Positions 50,613 to 59,337 of a DNA stretch of 64,000 bases are shown piece by piece. The translations under genes were made by a program, and so were the position numbers. The stretch is taken from IMG/VR virus record IMGVR_UViG_3300020050_016625, positions 32,001 to 96,000 of that record, one strand, 5' to 3'. The notes beneath the pieces were generated by a model. That model did no database searches and was not told the origin of the DNA. It saw nothing but the letters and a program-made list of their open reading frames with translations. Numbering within the stretch: the first letter of the stretch is position 1; the number at the start of each line of letters is the position of its first letter. The stretch comes from a virus. Taxonomy: Duplodnaviria > Caudoviricetes.

Positions 50613-50894
50613 ATGCAGCCAAAAGATTTTTCAAAAAAAGTACCGCTTAGTAGTGTGTTTCAAAGAGCAGAATGTGAAAATTTAGCGTGTAGAATTTTGC
50701 ATTTTACAGAAACATGGGAAAAACCCCTTACATGGGAAGAGTATTACGAAACAATGACACAAGCAGACAAAAATGTAGCAAGTGCAGTAAAGAGAGACTT
50801 TGAAAGAGTAATGCCTTATTTAGCAAGTGCAGAAAAATGCGCTACATTTTCGCCTGCATGGAGAAAGTTATTTGAAAGTAACCAAGCAGGGTAA
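50613..50894 (+). CDS. Hypothetical protein
   Basis: Likely start MQPKDF downstream of promoter and leader motif. Confidence 0.65.
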   Translation: MQPKDFSKKVPLSSVFQRAECENLACRILHFTETWEKPLTWEEYYETMTQADKNVASAVKRDFERVMPYLASAEKCATFSPAWRKLFESNQAG

Positions 50895-51058
50895 AAACAG
50901 TTTGGATAGTTTAATGTAGATACTGCATGTTTGTGTAGTATCTACTTTTTTTAGCTTAAATTGAAACCTTTGCAGATAGGTTGCGTTTAAGTATGTATAA
51001 GCAGCAGCCGAATAGCTTTTGATATAGTAGGCAATAAGTTTTTTAAGTATTTATTTAT

Positions 51059-51946
51059 ATGCAAATCGTAGAATTAAAAACGAAATTACAAGCTATTTAT
51101 CCGCAAATAAAAGGCTTCCAATATGATTTTCAAGTGAAAGATTTTCTTTCTAATGAATCGTATTTAATACGTGAGTTAGCCTTGAATATGTTTCGTAACA
51201 ATGGAAATGTCTCCTATAAAGAATCGCAATATCCGCTATTTCCAATGGATAGACAGGCAAGTGTAAAGCCCGTTATTAGACAGCTTAGAGGTTATGGAGA
51301 CTTCTGTTTTGCAATAGGCGAAATAGAACACTATGATGCAGGTCAATATAATTATTGGGATAGCGTAGTTTGCCTACCAAGAGAGTTGGCAAAACTTTTT
51401 GTATGGAAATTTAACGATTTTTCAGGAATAGAAATTGAAAACGAAAAAGAAGTTTTTGAGTTTTTGGGAATCAATAGAAAGCCGCTATCTGAAAAAAGAA
51501 ACCGCCCCGAAGTTTACTTAGAAAACATACTAATATCACGTCTCCCCGAACAAGCCATAAATACTATTCCCGAAATAGGGTGGTGGAGTAGCGACTTTTC
51601 GGGCTACGGTAGCTTAATTAGACGACCTTTTGAAGGCGAAATAACAGAAGATGTTATACATGAGTGTATAAGACAAATAGGCTATACTGCAAAAGATGTC
51701 GTAGATTTCAATGAGGCTAAAAATGAGTATATGCAGTACCATTATCAAAAAAAGTTTTTAGAAGAAAGAATCTTACCATTCATGTCAAAATTTTCATATA
51801 CTATTGCAGAAGGGCATTACAAGGGTCGCCCAACAGGAATGAAAAGAGGTGCAGAAAATCAACAAACTATATCTCCAAAAACATTACAAGATTTAACTCT
51901 CTTTGCAGGTTTAGGTGTATTTGTTGTAACTCATAAAAAACAATAA
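51059..51946 (+). CDS. Hypothetical protein
   Basis: 295 aa; class I promoter at 50962-50987. Confidence 0.7.
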   Translation: MQIVELKTKLQAIYPQIKGFQYDFQVKDFLSNESYLIRELALNMFRNNGNVSYKESQYPLFPMDRQASVKPVIRQLRGYGDFCFAIGEIEHYDAGQYNYWDSVVCLPRELAKLFVWKFNDFSGIEIENEKEVFEFLGINRKPLSEKRNRPEVYLENILISRLPEQAINTIPEIGWWSSDFSGYGSLIRRPFEGEITEDVIHECIRQIGYTAKDVVDFNEAKNEYMQYHYQKKFLEERILPFMSKFSYTIAEGHYKGRPTGMKRGAENQQTISPKTLQDLTLFAGLGVFVVTHKKQ

Positions 51947-52036
51947 TTTCGATAGGGTTTTATTGGTTAAAACAAATCTCACAAACAAATTAAACAGTTA
52001 TCAGTTATTCCCATATAACTATTAACTGTTTTTTTT

Positions 52037-52588
52037 ATGAATAAAGTAGAATTTGACTTACAAGCGCATCAACTAAGGATTGATATTCTCACGTATGCAG
52101 AAAAAGCGTATCAGGATATTAACAAGCATATCAATTTAGTAGCAGAAAACCTACGTAGGATTGAAAGAGAGTTTGAATTATTAGGCGTTAGTGCCACAAG
52201 TTGCAGCGTTACCCAAAGCACATCTATTCGAGTATGCAAAGCAGATTGCTTAAACACATGGGAAATTGCGCCAAACTTTGTGATTGTATTAGAATATCGC
52301 TGCATAATCAAACTTGCAATAAGCGACCTGTTCAATGGAATTGATAAGCAGGTAGATATAAACCCTTTTGATAGTTCCGCAGATATTTATTCAAATGTAT
52401 TGTACGATATTTCAAGCCACAAGCCATATATTGAGTGTAAGGTATTAAGCAATGAGTACCTGCATACACTTAGTAGTGCAAAATTACGCCTTTTAAACAT
52501 GCCAAAGTTCACAGATAGTATTTGTAAGGAAATACAGGAATCAAACGAAATACAGGCTATAAAAGACATGTATGTTAATTTAGGATAA
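52037..52588 (+). CDS. Hypothetical protein
   Basis: Class II promoter at 51984-52007. Confidence 0.65.
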   Translation: MNKVEFDLQAHQLRIDILTYAEKAYQDINKHINLVAENLRRIEREFELLGVSATSCSVTQSTSIRVCKADCLNTWEIAPNFVIVLEYRCIIKLAISDLFNGIDKQVDINPFDSSADIYSNVLYDISSHKPYIECKVLSNEYLHTLSSAKLRLLNMPKFTDSICKEIQESNEIQAIKDMYVNLG

Positions 52589-52642
52589 GTAAACAAATCA
52601 ATGAGTTATTGGTTATTCATATATAACTAATAACTGTTTTTT

Positions 52643-52921
52643 ATGACAAAAAGCACAAAGAAGCTAATCACTTATTTAGAGAGTATAGGCTATAAAGAAT
52701 ATTACGAAGGCGAAAACCTAATTATGCTACAAAATGCAGAAAAGGAAATACATGTAGGGGTAGATACAGCACTTAGCATATTCCAAATACTGCCTCAAAA
52801 AACAATGCAAACAAATGCAGTCGTATTACCCATTAAAACCGTATCGCAGTTATCTATGATACTTTCTTTGGCAGAAAACCTGCCTAAAAACGACTTATCA
52901 GAAGCGAAATATTTATTTTAG
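52643..52921 (+). CDS. Hypothetical protein
   Basis: Class II promoter at 52592-52615. Confidence 0.65.
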   Translation: MTKSTKKLITYLESIGYKEYYEGENLIMLQNAEKEIHVGVDTALSIFQILPQKTMQTNAVVLPIKTVSQLSMILSLAENLPKNDLSEAKYLF

Positions 52922-52965
52922 TAGTCAGCTCAATAATTATAAAAATATTAAATCAAGTTTGTAAA

Positions 52966-53439
52966 ATGAAAACAAGAAAAGAAATTAAAAGCCTATATCT
53001 ATTTGAGGCTATGGCTATTATAGAGCAGGAAATTAATAGTAAGAACATTCTCAATATTACGAATGAGGCATTAAGTATATTAAACCAAATAAAAGCAAAT
53101 GATTGCCGTACTGTATTTGAGTTTGATATGGTTAATAGACACGACTTAACGCCAAAGAATATAGCAGCAAAAGCTATTACTTATATCGTTCAATATACAG
53201 ATAATTTTTTGTATGATACTATTGCAGGTAAGTTTGTATTGTATGATAAATATGCTATTGCATACAAAGGTGTTGTATCTGAAAAAACAAATATACACGT
53301 TTCATTAACAGATATTCTAAACCCTACATATCCTTCAAATGGCAGCAAGCATGAAAGTGAATTAGAGAATATATTAGGATTTGATAGGGTAGCGTTTGAA
53401 AATTACGACTTATTTTGTCAAATCAATAGCAATAGGTAA
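52966..53439 (+). CDS. Hypothetical protein
   Basis: ORF. Confidence 0.6.
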   Translation: MKTRKEIKSLYLFEAMAIIEQEINSKNILNITNEALSILNQIKANDCRTVFEFDMVNRHDLTPKNIAAKAITYIVQYTDNFLYDTIAGKFVLYDKYAIAYKGVVSEKTNIHVSLTDILNPTYPSNGSKHESELENILGFDRVAFENYDLFCQINSNR

Positions 53440-53858
53440 TGGAATATCATAATAACAATCATTTCGATATAAAGCATGTTAAGGAAATAACAGATATAAA
53501 ACCAAAAACTATATCTGTTATTTTCTTTCAGATGCTCTATGTAGAAAATACAGGGTATTTTCCTATATTTGTGCGTAAATCTGAAATATCTATCAAGCAT
53601 TTCAGCATAAAGAAGGTAGGCGAAATAAAAAACATTTCGCTTAAACGTCAATCTTTGGAAGGCTACTTAAATAGCTTTAAATGGGCAAATATAGGTACTA
53701 ATCATTTTACGTGTGTACAATACAAAGAGTATCTATTATCACTATTTACGAGTTATCATGCACTAATTGAGGAGGCTAATAGTATTTCAGTAAAACAGTC
53801 AAACATACCTGCATTTAAGGAGTTATTTGTAGCTTATTTGGCATTAAATTTTAAGTAA
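53439..53858 (+). CDS. Hypothetical protein
   Basis: TAATG coupling. Confidence 0.6.
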   Translation: MEYHNNNHFDIKHVKEITDIKPKTISVIFFQMLYVENTGYFPIFVRKSEISIKHFSIKKVGEIKNISLKRQSLEGYLNSFKWANIGTNHFTCVQYKEYLLSLFTSYHALIEEANSISVKQSNIPAFKELFVAYLALNFK

Positions 53859-54005
53859 TATGGCAAAAACAAGAGTTTTATTTATCGGTGGCGATAATTT
53901 CGCAGCCTTAGCATTTCAAGAAAAGTATAATGGTTCTTTAATCAGTGATGTTATCCCTAAATTAGATTTTGAGAATGGGGAAAATATTGCTAATTACGAT
54001 GAATC

Positions 54006-55351
54006 TGTAGTTCGTAATACCATAGAAAACTATGTCATTACTTTATAGTCAAAACTATTGGGCTAACTACTAAGCCCTCTACACCATTGTTAAAAACGTT
54101 TGATGCTACCTTTTTAAGTATCTGCAAAGAACCATTCAAGTCTGCATTAATAACCTTACCGCTACTACTTTTAAACAACCCCCTTTTTACCCTGCGACCT
54201 TTGTATTTATCCTTTTTAGTAGGACTTTCTTTGTCAAGAAAACTTGTTTTTGAAGTATATGATTCTTCTGTTTTAATGACTGAAATACCTTGTAAGTCGC
54301 ATTTGTATTGCAACATATCAATAGCCTTTGCAAATGGAATTTGCGTAAAATTTTGGTTATTCTTTACACCTATATTTATCCCTTGTTTCCATTCTTTATT
54401 ATATCCTACTATTAAAGTAGTTATATCATTTGAAACTAAGTGGCTAACAACCTTAGATGTGGCTTTATGCAAATAATCGCTAATTTTCCTATTCCTTTTT
54501 GCAGTAAGTTTACTTAATTTTTTACTATTCTTTCTGTTTTCTCCAAATTGTTTATTTAACTTTTCTTGTATATCTGCCTTCTTTTTATTGTAATACTGAT
54601 TCATTGATTTTAAGGGTTTGCCGTTTATGATTATAGGGCTTATTATATTACTACCAATAGTCATAAAGTTGTTTACCCCAAAATCAATAGCACAGTATCT
54701 ATTATTATTTTCTTTCTTTTCTACATTTTCAACTCTATATACAACCTCAATAAAATAGGTCTTATCCTTATTTGGAATAACTCTTATTTCATTTATATTT
54801 TGCTTTTTGGTTATTACACTAATGTTTGTTCCTGATAACTTATTTCCTTTATTTATCGCTTGCTTATTGTAAATCAATATAAACCTACCCTTTTCTTTAT
54901 GTTTGAATTTTGGCTGTTTCGGAAGTCCTTTGAATTTACTTGCATCTTTCTTGTATGCCTTTAACGCTGCAAAATATGCTTTATAGGATTTATCAAGTTT
55001 TATCAATACCTGCTGACTGACTTTTCTTGGTAATGCAGTAAAACATTCATGGTCTTTCATTAGGTTAATCATATCAAAACCACCTAAATACTTATTACCA
55101 TTTTTGTGATTTTCCCTTAGTATATACAAAGCACTATTATATAGATTTTTAGCCTTAAATGCTAAACTATCTATTTCCTTGTAAATTATGTTACTTGGTT
55201 TTATTAAGTGCTTTTCTACTAATTGCATGTTAGCCTTAAACTATTTTAGTTTTTATTCGTTATCTATCATACAAATATACGAAAATTAATTTTCAATACC
55301 AAACTTTTCTGTAAAATTCTATTGAAAATTATTAACTTTACTCATACATGT
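54006..55351 (-). mobile_element. Non-autonomous IS200/IS605-superfamily (IS1341-like) element
   Basis: tnpB only; 12-bp subterminal inverted repeat 55287-98/55320-31; splits a gene; ends approximate. Confidence 0.75.
54038..55228 (-). CDS. tnpB: RNA-guided endonuclease TnpB
   Basis: MQLVEKH..AKNLYNSALY; AIDFGVNN; DYLHKA; EESYTSK; RVKRGLF; INADLNGS. Confidence 0.93.
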   Translation of the reverse strand: MQLVEKHLIKPSNIIYKEIDSLAFKAKNLYNSALYILRENHKNGNKYLGGFDMINLMKDHECFTALPRKVSQQVLIKLDKSYKAYFAALKAYKKDASKFKGLPKQPKFKHKEKGRFILIYNKQAINKGNKLSGTNISVITKKQNINEIRVIPNKDKTYFIEVVYRVENVEKKENNNRYCAIDFGVNNFMTIGSNIISPIIINGKPLKSMNQYYNKKKADIQEKLNKQFGENRKNSKKLSKLTAKRNRKISDYLHKATSKVVSHLVSNDITTLIVGYNKEWKQGINIGVKNNQNFTQIPFAKAIDMLQYKCDLQGISVIKTEESYTSKTSFLDKESPTKKDKYKGRRVKRGLFKSSSGKVINADLNGSLQILKKVASNVFNNGVEGLVVSPIVLTIK

Positions 55352-55558
55352 TTCTTACGAACTAAAAGAGTTCAATGTAGTTGCAGACGATAATTTATTA
55401 TCTCTATTGCAAGCGGTAAAAGATGAATCGGATTACGATTATCTAAAAGGGAAGAATTATTACCCTGAAAATCACATAGTAGGTAATAGATATAAATATT
55501 AAGCAATATGAGTGCAGATTAAAGAAGTAGTAGCATTAAAATAGTGCTACTACTTCTT

Positions 55559-56161
55559 TTACATTATTCTCATAATATAACTTGTGTCATTATTTGACTT
55601 TAATACAACCCTATAAACTAAACCTAAATTAGGCTTATAATAAGATATTGAATTAGCTAAAATAACGCCACATAATGTATCTTTAATTGTACTATATATA
55701 ACGCAATTGTCATATATTTGCCCATTTACTGTTATGGTTGTATCTATATACAATGTCGTACTATACTGCATTATTTGGCAGTTATTAGTAGTCCATAATG
55801 CAGATACAAATGTATCATTTACACTTGTAGGATATTTTATATAACTATAATTACCATTTCTTTCAGAAGTTAGTCCTGCTGTTGTATTTTGAAGTTTGTA
55901 ATAAGCAATATAATTATCGCTTGTATATCTCATTTTGTATGCAGGCAGTCCATTTAAAACCGCCGTATCTACTATTTTTTCACTAATTGAATACAAATAG
56001 ATTCTACTTGAATCATAAATACTTATTTCATAATTCCATACCATTGTCGTGTCCAATGGAACAACACCAAATTGCTTTGCATAAAACCCATTAGGGTTTA
56101 TTTCTGTATTTTCGCAGGAGAAAAAACAGAGGCAAAGGATAAATAATACTAAATTTTTCAT
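55559..56161 (-). CDS. Lipoprotein
   Basis: MKNLVLFILCLCFFS-C lipobox; TATGTTTG promoter at 56180-56187. Confidence 0.75.
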   Translation of the reverse strand: MKNLVLFILCLCFFSCENTEINPNGFYAKQFGVVPLDTTMVWNYEISIYDSSRIYLYSISEKIVDTAVLNGLPAYKMRYTSDNYIAYYKLQNTTAGLTSERNGNYSYIKYPTSVNDTFVSALWTTNNCQIMQYSTTLYIDTTITVNGQIYDNCVIYSTIKDTLCGVILANSISYYKPNLGLVYRVVLKSNNDTSYIMRIM

Positions 56162-56298
56162 ATCCAACTAATTAATATACAAACATAAACAACTTTTTAG
56201 TAAGTTGAGTAAAATCCTATATTTTATAATAACCAATACTGTAAAATATAAAAAAAATGATTATATTTGTGCTTTAATCACAATTTAATACGCAAAAT

Positions 56299-56463
56299 AT
56301 GCTTAACGAAGCGACAAATCAAGAAAAATTAGAACTAATGAGAATCAAGTTAGAAGTTCTAAAAATCGCCGTAAACGAATCGAGTGGCTCACATCAAGAT
56401 GCCTTGAAACTTTTTGAGCAGTACATAGAATTGGTTTCTGTAAAAACAGTAACATCTACGTAA
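56299..56463 (+). CDS. 54-aa hypothetical protein (not in ORF track)
   Basis: MLNEATNQEKLELMRIKLEVLKIA..; TATATTTG upstream, terminator downstream. Confidence 0.6.
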   Translation: MLNEATNQEKLELMRIKLEVLKIAVNESSGSHQDALKLFEQYIELVSVKTVTST

Positions 56464-56535
56464 AATAAAAAGCAATGTGCCTAAAAACACATTGTTTTTT
56501 TAAAAAATATCAATACAAATAATTTAATAAAAAAT

Positions 56536-57006
56536 ATGCAAACAGTAAACGAATTTCCAGATACGGAAAATAAACCAATAATAGCAATTAGTTCAGGATA
56601 TAGCGAAACTTGTATTGTTAGGTCTTTGTTTTATAATAAGATACTATATGTGGAAACGCTATTAATTCAAAAACAGTCTTTTTTATCTGAAATGCTGCAT
56701 AATCATAGCGATATTTTCAACACAGAAAATACCTATATTTTAGGTGCAGAATGTTCAAGTCAAAAGGCTTGTTTAAGAGAGCAAGGTTTTAATGTATCTT
56801 CTGTTATTTTAAGAGATAATATAATTCAAGATTTATTCAACTGTAAAATTATCGTAGTATTTAAAGGTAAGTATATTGAAACTTGTGCTATTTTAGATGA
56901 TTTTAAAAAATGCAAAGATACTCATAAATACTATGCAGATAACAGGCTTTTATGGGTTTTGGTGTTAGCTTTGTCTTATTTCATAGATAAAAAGGCTTTA
57001 ATGTAA
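56536..57006 (+). CDS. Hypothetical protein
   Basis: ORF. Confidence 0.55.
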   Translation: MQTVNEFPDTENKPIIAISSGYSETCIVRSLFYNKILYVETLLIQKQSFLSEMLHNHSDIFNTENTYILGAECSSQKACLREQGFNVSSVILRDNIIQDLFNCKIIVVFKGKYIETCAILDDFKKCKDTHKYYADNRLLWVLVLALSYFIDKKALM

Positions 57007-57148
57007 GATAAGCCATACACAAGTATGTAGTTTACGTATAAATATTTTTTTATCTCAAATAAAGCCTATACATTTGTCTCATAATCAAATGGCAATAACG
57101 CTAAAACAATTTTTAATGTTATTCAATTACTATAAGATAACTCATTAT

Positions 57149-57189
57149 TAAACAAAAAACGCTGCATATTAATTTATGCAGCGTTTTTT
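57149..57189. terminator. Terminator of head operon
   Basis: AAAAAACGCTGCATA..TATGCAGCGTTTTTT. Confidence 0.85.
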
Positions 57190-57758
57190 TAACTCCCACA
57201 ACTATCACAAGTAGAACGTTCTCTATAATTAGGCTTATAGCATGGAATTTCGGTTGCAACAAAACTACCAAACATACCACCAAAGGAATCAGTACAAGAG
57301 TTATTTAGCCACTGTAAATATAAATCCCTTACACAGTGCGAAAACGCTGCAATACTTTGACAAATAACACCATTTGACAATGTTTTTAGGTATTGTTTTA
57401 ATTTAGCCATTTTTGCCTCACAATCACAATCGCAATTCCCACTTGCTAAATTGGTATTGTAATTATCTTTTGCGTAACGATACAAGCAAAATAACAGAAA
57501 CGCCCTACGTATTATACCCTGCTGTTGTACTGAAAACGCTGCCCCTGTAATATCATCTGTTATATTGCAATTCATTAGCCACGTATTGAATAAATCCCTT
57601 GTTTCAGATTCAATAGATGGCATATTATTAGCTAAATTATAGGCAATTTCATTATCTATTTGCGCAATAGTCAATGTGCCTATTTCATTACTTGCATTAC
57701 CTGAAACCCACATAATTTGAGTGCCTGTTGCAGGTACGGTTATTTGATATATTCCCAT
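57189..57758 (-). CDS. Putative head-tail adaptor (Cys-rich)
   Basis: Immediately downstream of capsid gene; helical. Confidence 0.5.
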   Translation of the reverse strand: MGIYQITVPATGTQIMWVSGNASNEIGTLTIAQIDNEIAYNLANNMPSIESETRDLFNTWLMNCNITDDITGAAFSVQQQGIIRRAFLLFCLYRYAKDNYNTNLASGNCDCDCEAKMAKLKQYLKTLSNGVICQSIAAFSHCVRDLYLQWLNNSCTDSFGGMFGSFVATEIPCYKPNYRERSTCDSCGS

Positions 57759-57833
57759 AAAAATGTCATTAAAAAAGGCAGTAATAATACGAATATTACT
57801 ACTACCTTATATCACAAACTATAACCGCCTATT

Positions 57834-59255
57834 TTAAGCACCCGTTGCAAGTGGATTAGTACTATTTTCAGGCGCAGGAACTAAGTTTTTAATCCAAAGT
57901 CTTTGGTTTTCAGGCGCAAATACTGTGAATAATTCGTAGGCAATGTAAGAAACCGTATCAGTATCAGCAGCCACAGACGTAAATGTGTACATTTCTTTGT
58001 TGATACCAAAGATGTTATACAACTTAGGAATAACCAACATTACGCCAAAAGAACTGCGAGAAAAAGCGTCAATACGTTTTTGGAATTTATTTTTATCCAA
58101 AACAACTGCGCCAGTTGAGTCCTTTTCTGCTACCCATGCGCCCGAAGGCATCTGCCAGCGTGTAGCATGGAAAATGATATTAGAATCAAGGGTAACACCA
58201 AACATATCACGAGCCAAAGCACGTCTCAACCAACCAATAACTTCTGAACCTGCGGCACTTGGATTGTAAACACAGTGTACTTGTGGTAAGATTTCGCCTT
58301 CAATATCAACGCCTTCTGAAATTGCAGTATCAATAAGTTTTTGATAACCTTTTTGCAAGTTGTGAGCCGCACGTACTGTTTTTGCTACCATTTTGTCAGT
58401 AAAGCCATCAAACCCACCTGAAACAGGCGCATCTGCAATGTTTTCCGCTTCAAAAACGTATTTATCGCTTGGCTTTTTGGTAATTTCAACGTATGCTTGG
58501 TATGACTTATTTTTAGCCATTTTGTTACGGAAAGCCGCAAATACACCGTTTACACCACCGATAGAAGTAAAGAAAGATGTCAATTCTTGCTCAACATTAC
58601 CATACATCAAACAAGCCCCAAATTTACGAAACTCGGTTGTTTGCAACTTACCAAGTTTGATTGTTTGGCGTGGCTTAATCGGTTCGTGGTCAATGATTTC
58701 TTGCACCTCAATATATTGATTAATATCAATAATTTTAGCGGAGGCTTTTCCGATTAATTGACTTGTGATTGTGTACAATTCCACATAACCCAAATCAACT
58801 TGTGTTTGTGTGCTACGTGGCATGGTTAAGTTCACTTCTGTTGCACCTGCAATAATGCCTTGTGCTTCTGTTGAGAGTGCTTTTTGACGTGCTTGTAACA
58901 AGCCATTTGTTTCCCCCAAAAGGAATGAGGCTTCCAAAGATGCAGATTGCATAGCGAGTGGCCCGTAGAAGTTTTCAAATGTTTTTTCAACATGATTAAC
59001 TCCCGTTGCTTTAGGGTCATCTTTTGCTGCTTTACTTTTTATAGATTCACTTGCAACATAGTTGAAGTCATCGGCAGTTTTATAGAAAAAATCTTCTGAA
59101 AAAGATTCTTTTTTCTGCTTAATAGCGTGTTCGATACCTCTTGCATCTTCTGTATTTACAATGGTAGGCAAATCCATTAGAACTGCGTGGTATGCTTGCA
59201 TTTTCTCTCGGTGAGTTTGAAATGCTAATGTATTTTGAAAAACAAAATGTTCCAT
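57834..59255 (-). CDS. Major capsid protein (putative)
   Basis: 473 aa after protease and decoration genes; followed by terminator; assignment mainly from gene order. Confidence 0.7.
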   Translation of the reverse strand: MEHFVFQNTLAFQTHREKMQAYHAVLMDLPTIVNTEDARGIEHAIKQKKESFSEDFFYKTADDFNYVASESIKSKAAKDDPKATGVNHVEKTFENFYGPLAMQSASLEASFLLGETNGLLQARQKALSTEAQGIIAGATEVNLTMPRSTQTQVDLGYVELYTITSQLIGKASAKIIDINQYIEVQEIIDHEPIKPRQTIKLGKLQTTEFRKFGACLMYGNVEQELTSFFTSIGGVNGVFAAFRNKMAKNKSYQAYVEITKKPSDKYVFEAENIADAPVSGGFDGFTDKMVAKTVRAAHNLQKGYQKLIDTAISEGVDIEGEILPQVHCVYNPSAAGSEVIGWLRRALARDMFGVTLDSNIIFHATRWQMPSGAWVAEKDSTGAVVLDKNKFQKRIDAFSRSSFGVMLVIPKLYNIFGINKEMYTFTSVAADTDTVSYIAYELFTVFAPENQRLWIKNLVPAPENSTNPLATGA

Positions 59256-59337
59256 GTTTATCTTAAAATAAGTGATTTAGATTTTTTTAAGTAAGCAGTT
59301 TTTAGGCTGCTTACTCTGATATATTATTGTTCAATTA

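Larger units (their letters stand above)
53860..55502 (+). pseudogene. Phage gene (~99 aa) interrupted by tnpB element
   Basis: Joining at the shared TGT (54006-08 / 55349-51) restores ..NYDES-VSYELKEF..NRYKY* in frame. Confidence 0.7.

Noticed and set aside
54006-55351. IStron (self-splicing) rescue of the interrupted gene
   Set aside because: Element is antisense to the gene and leaves only ~120 nt upstream of tnpB, too little for a group I intron
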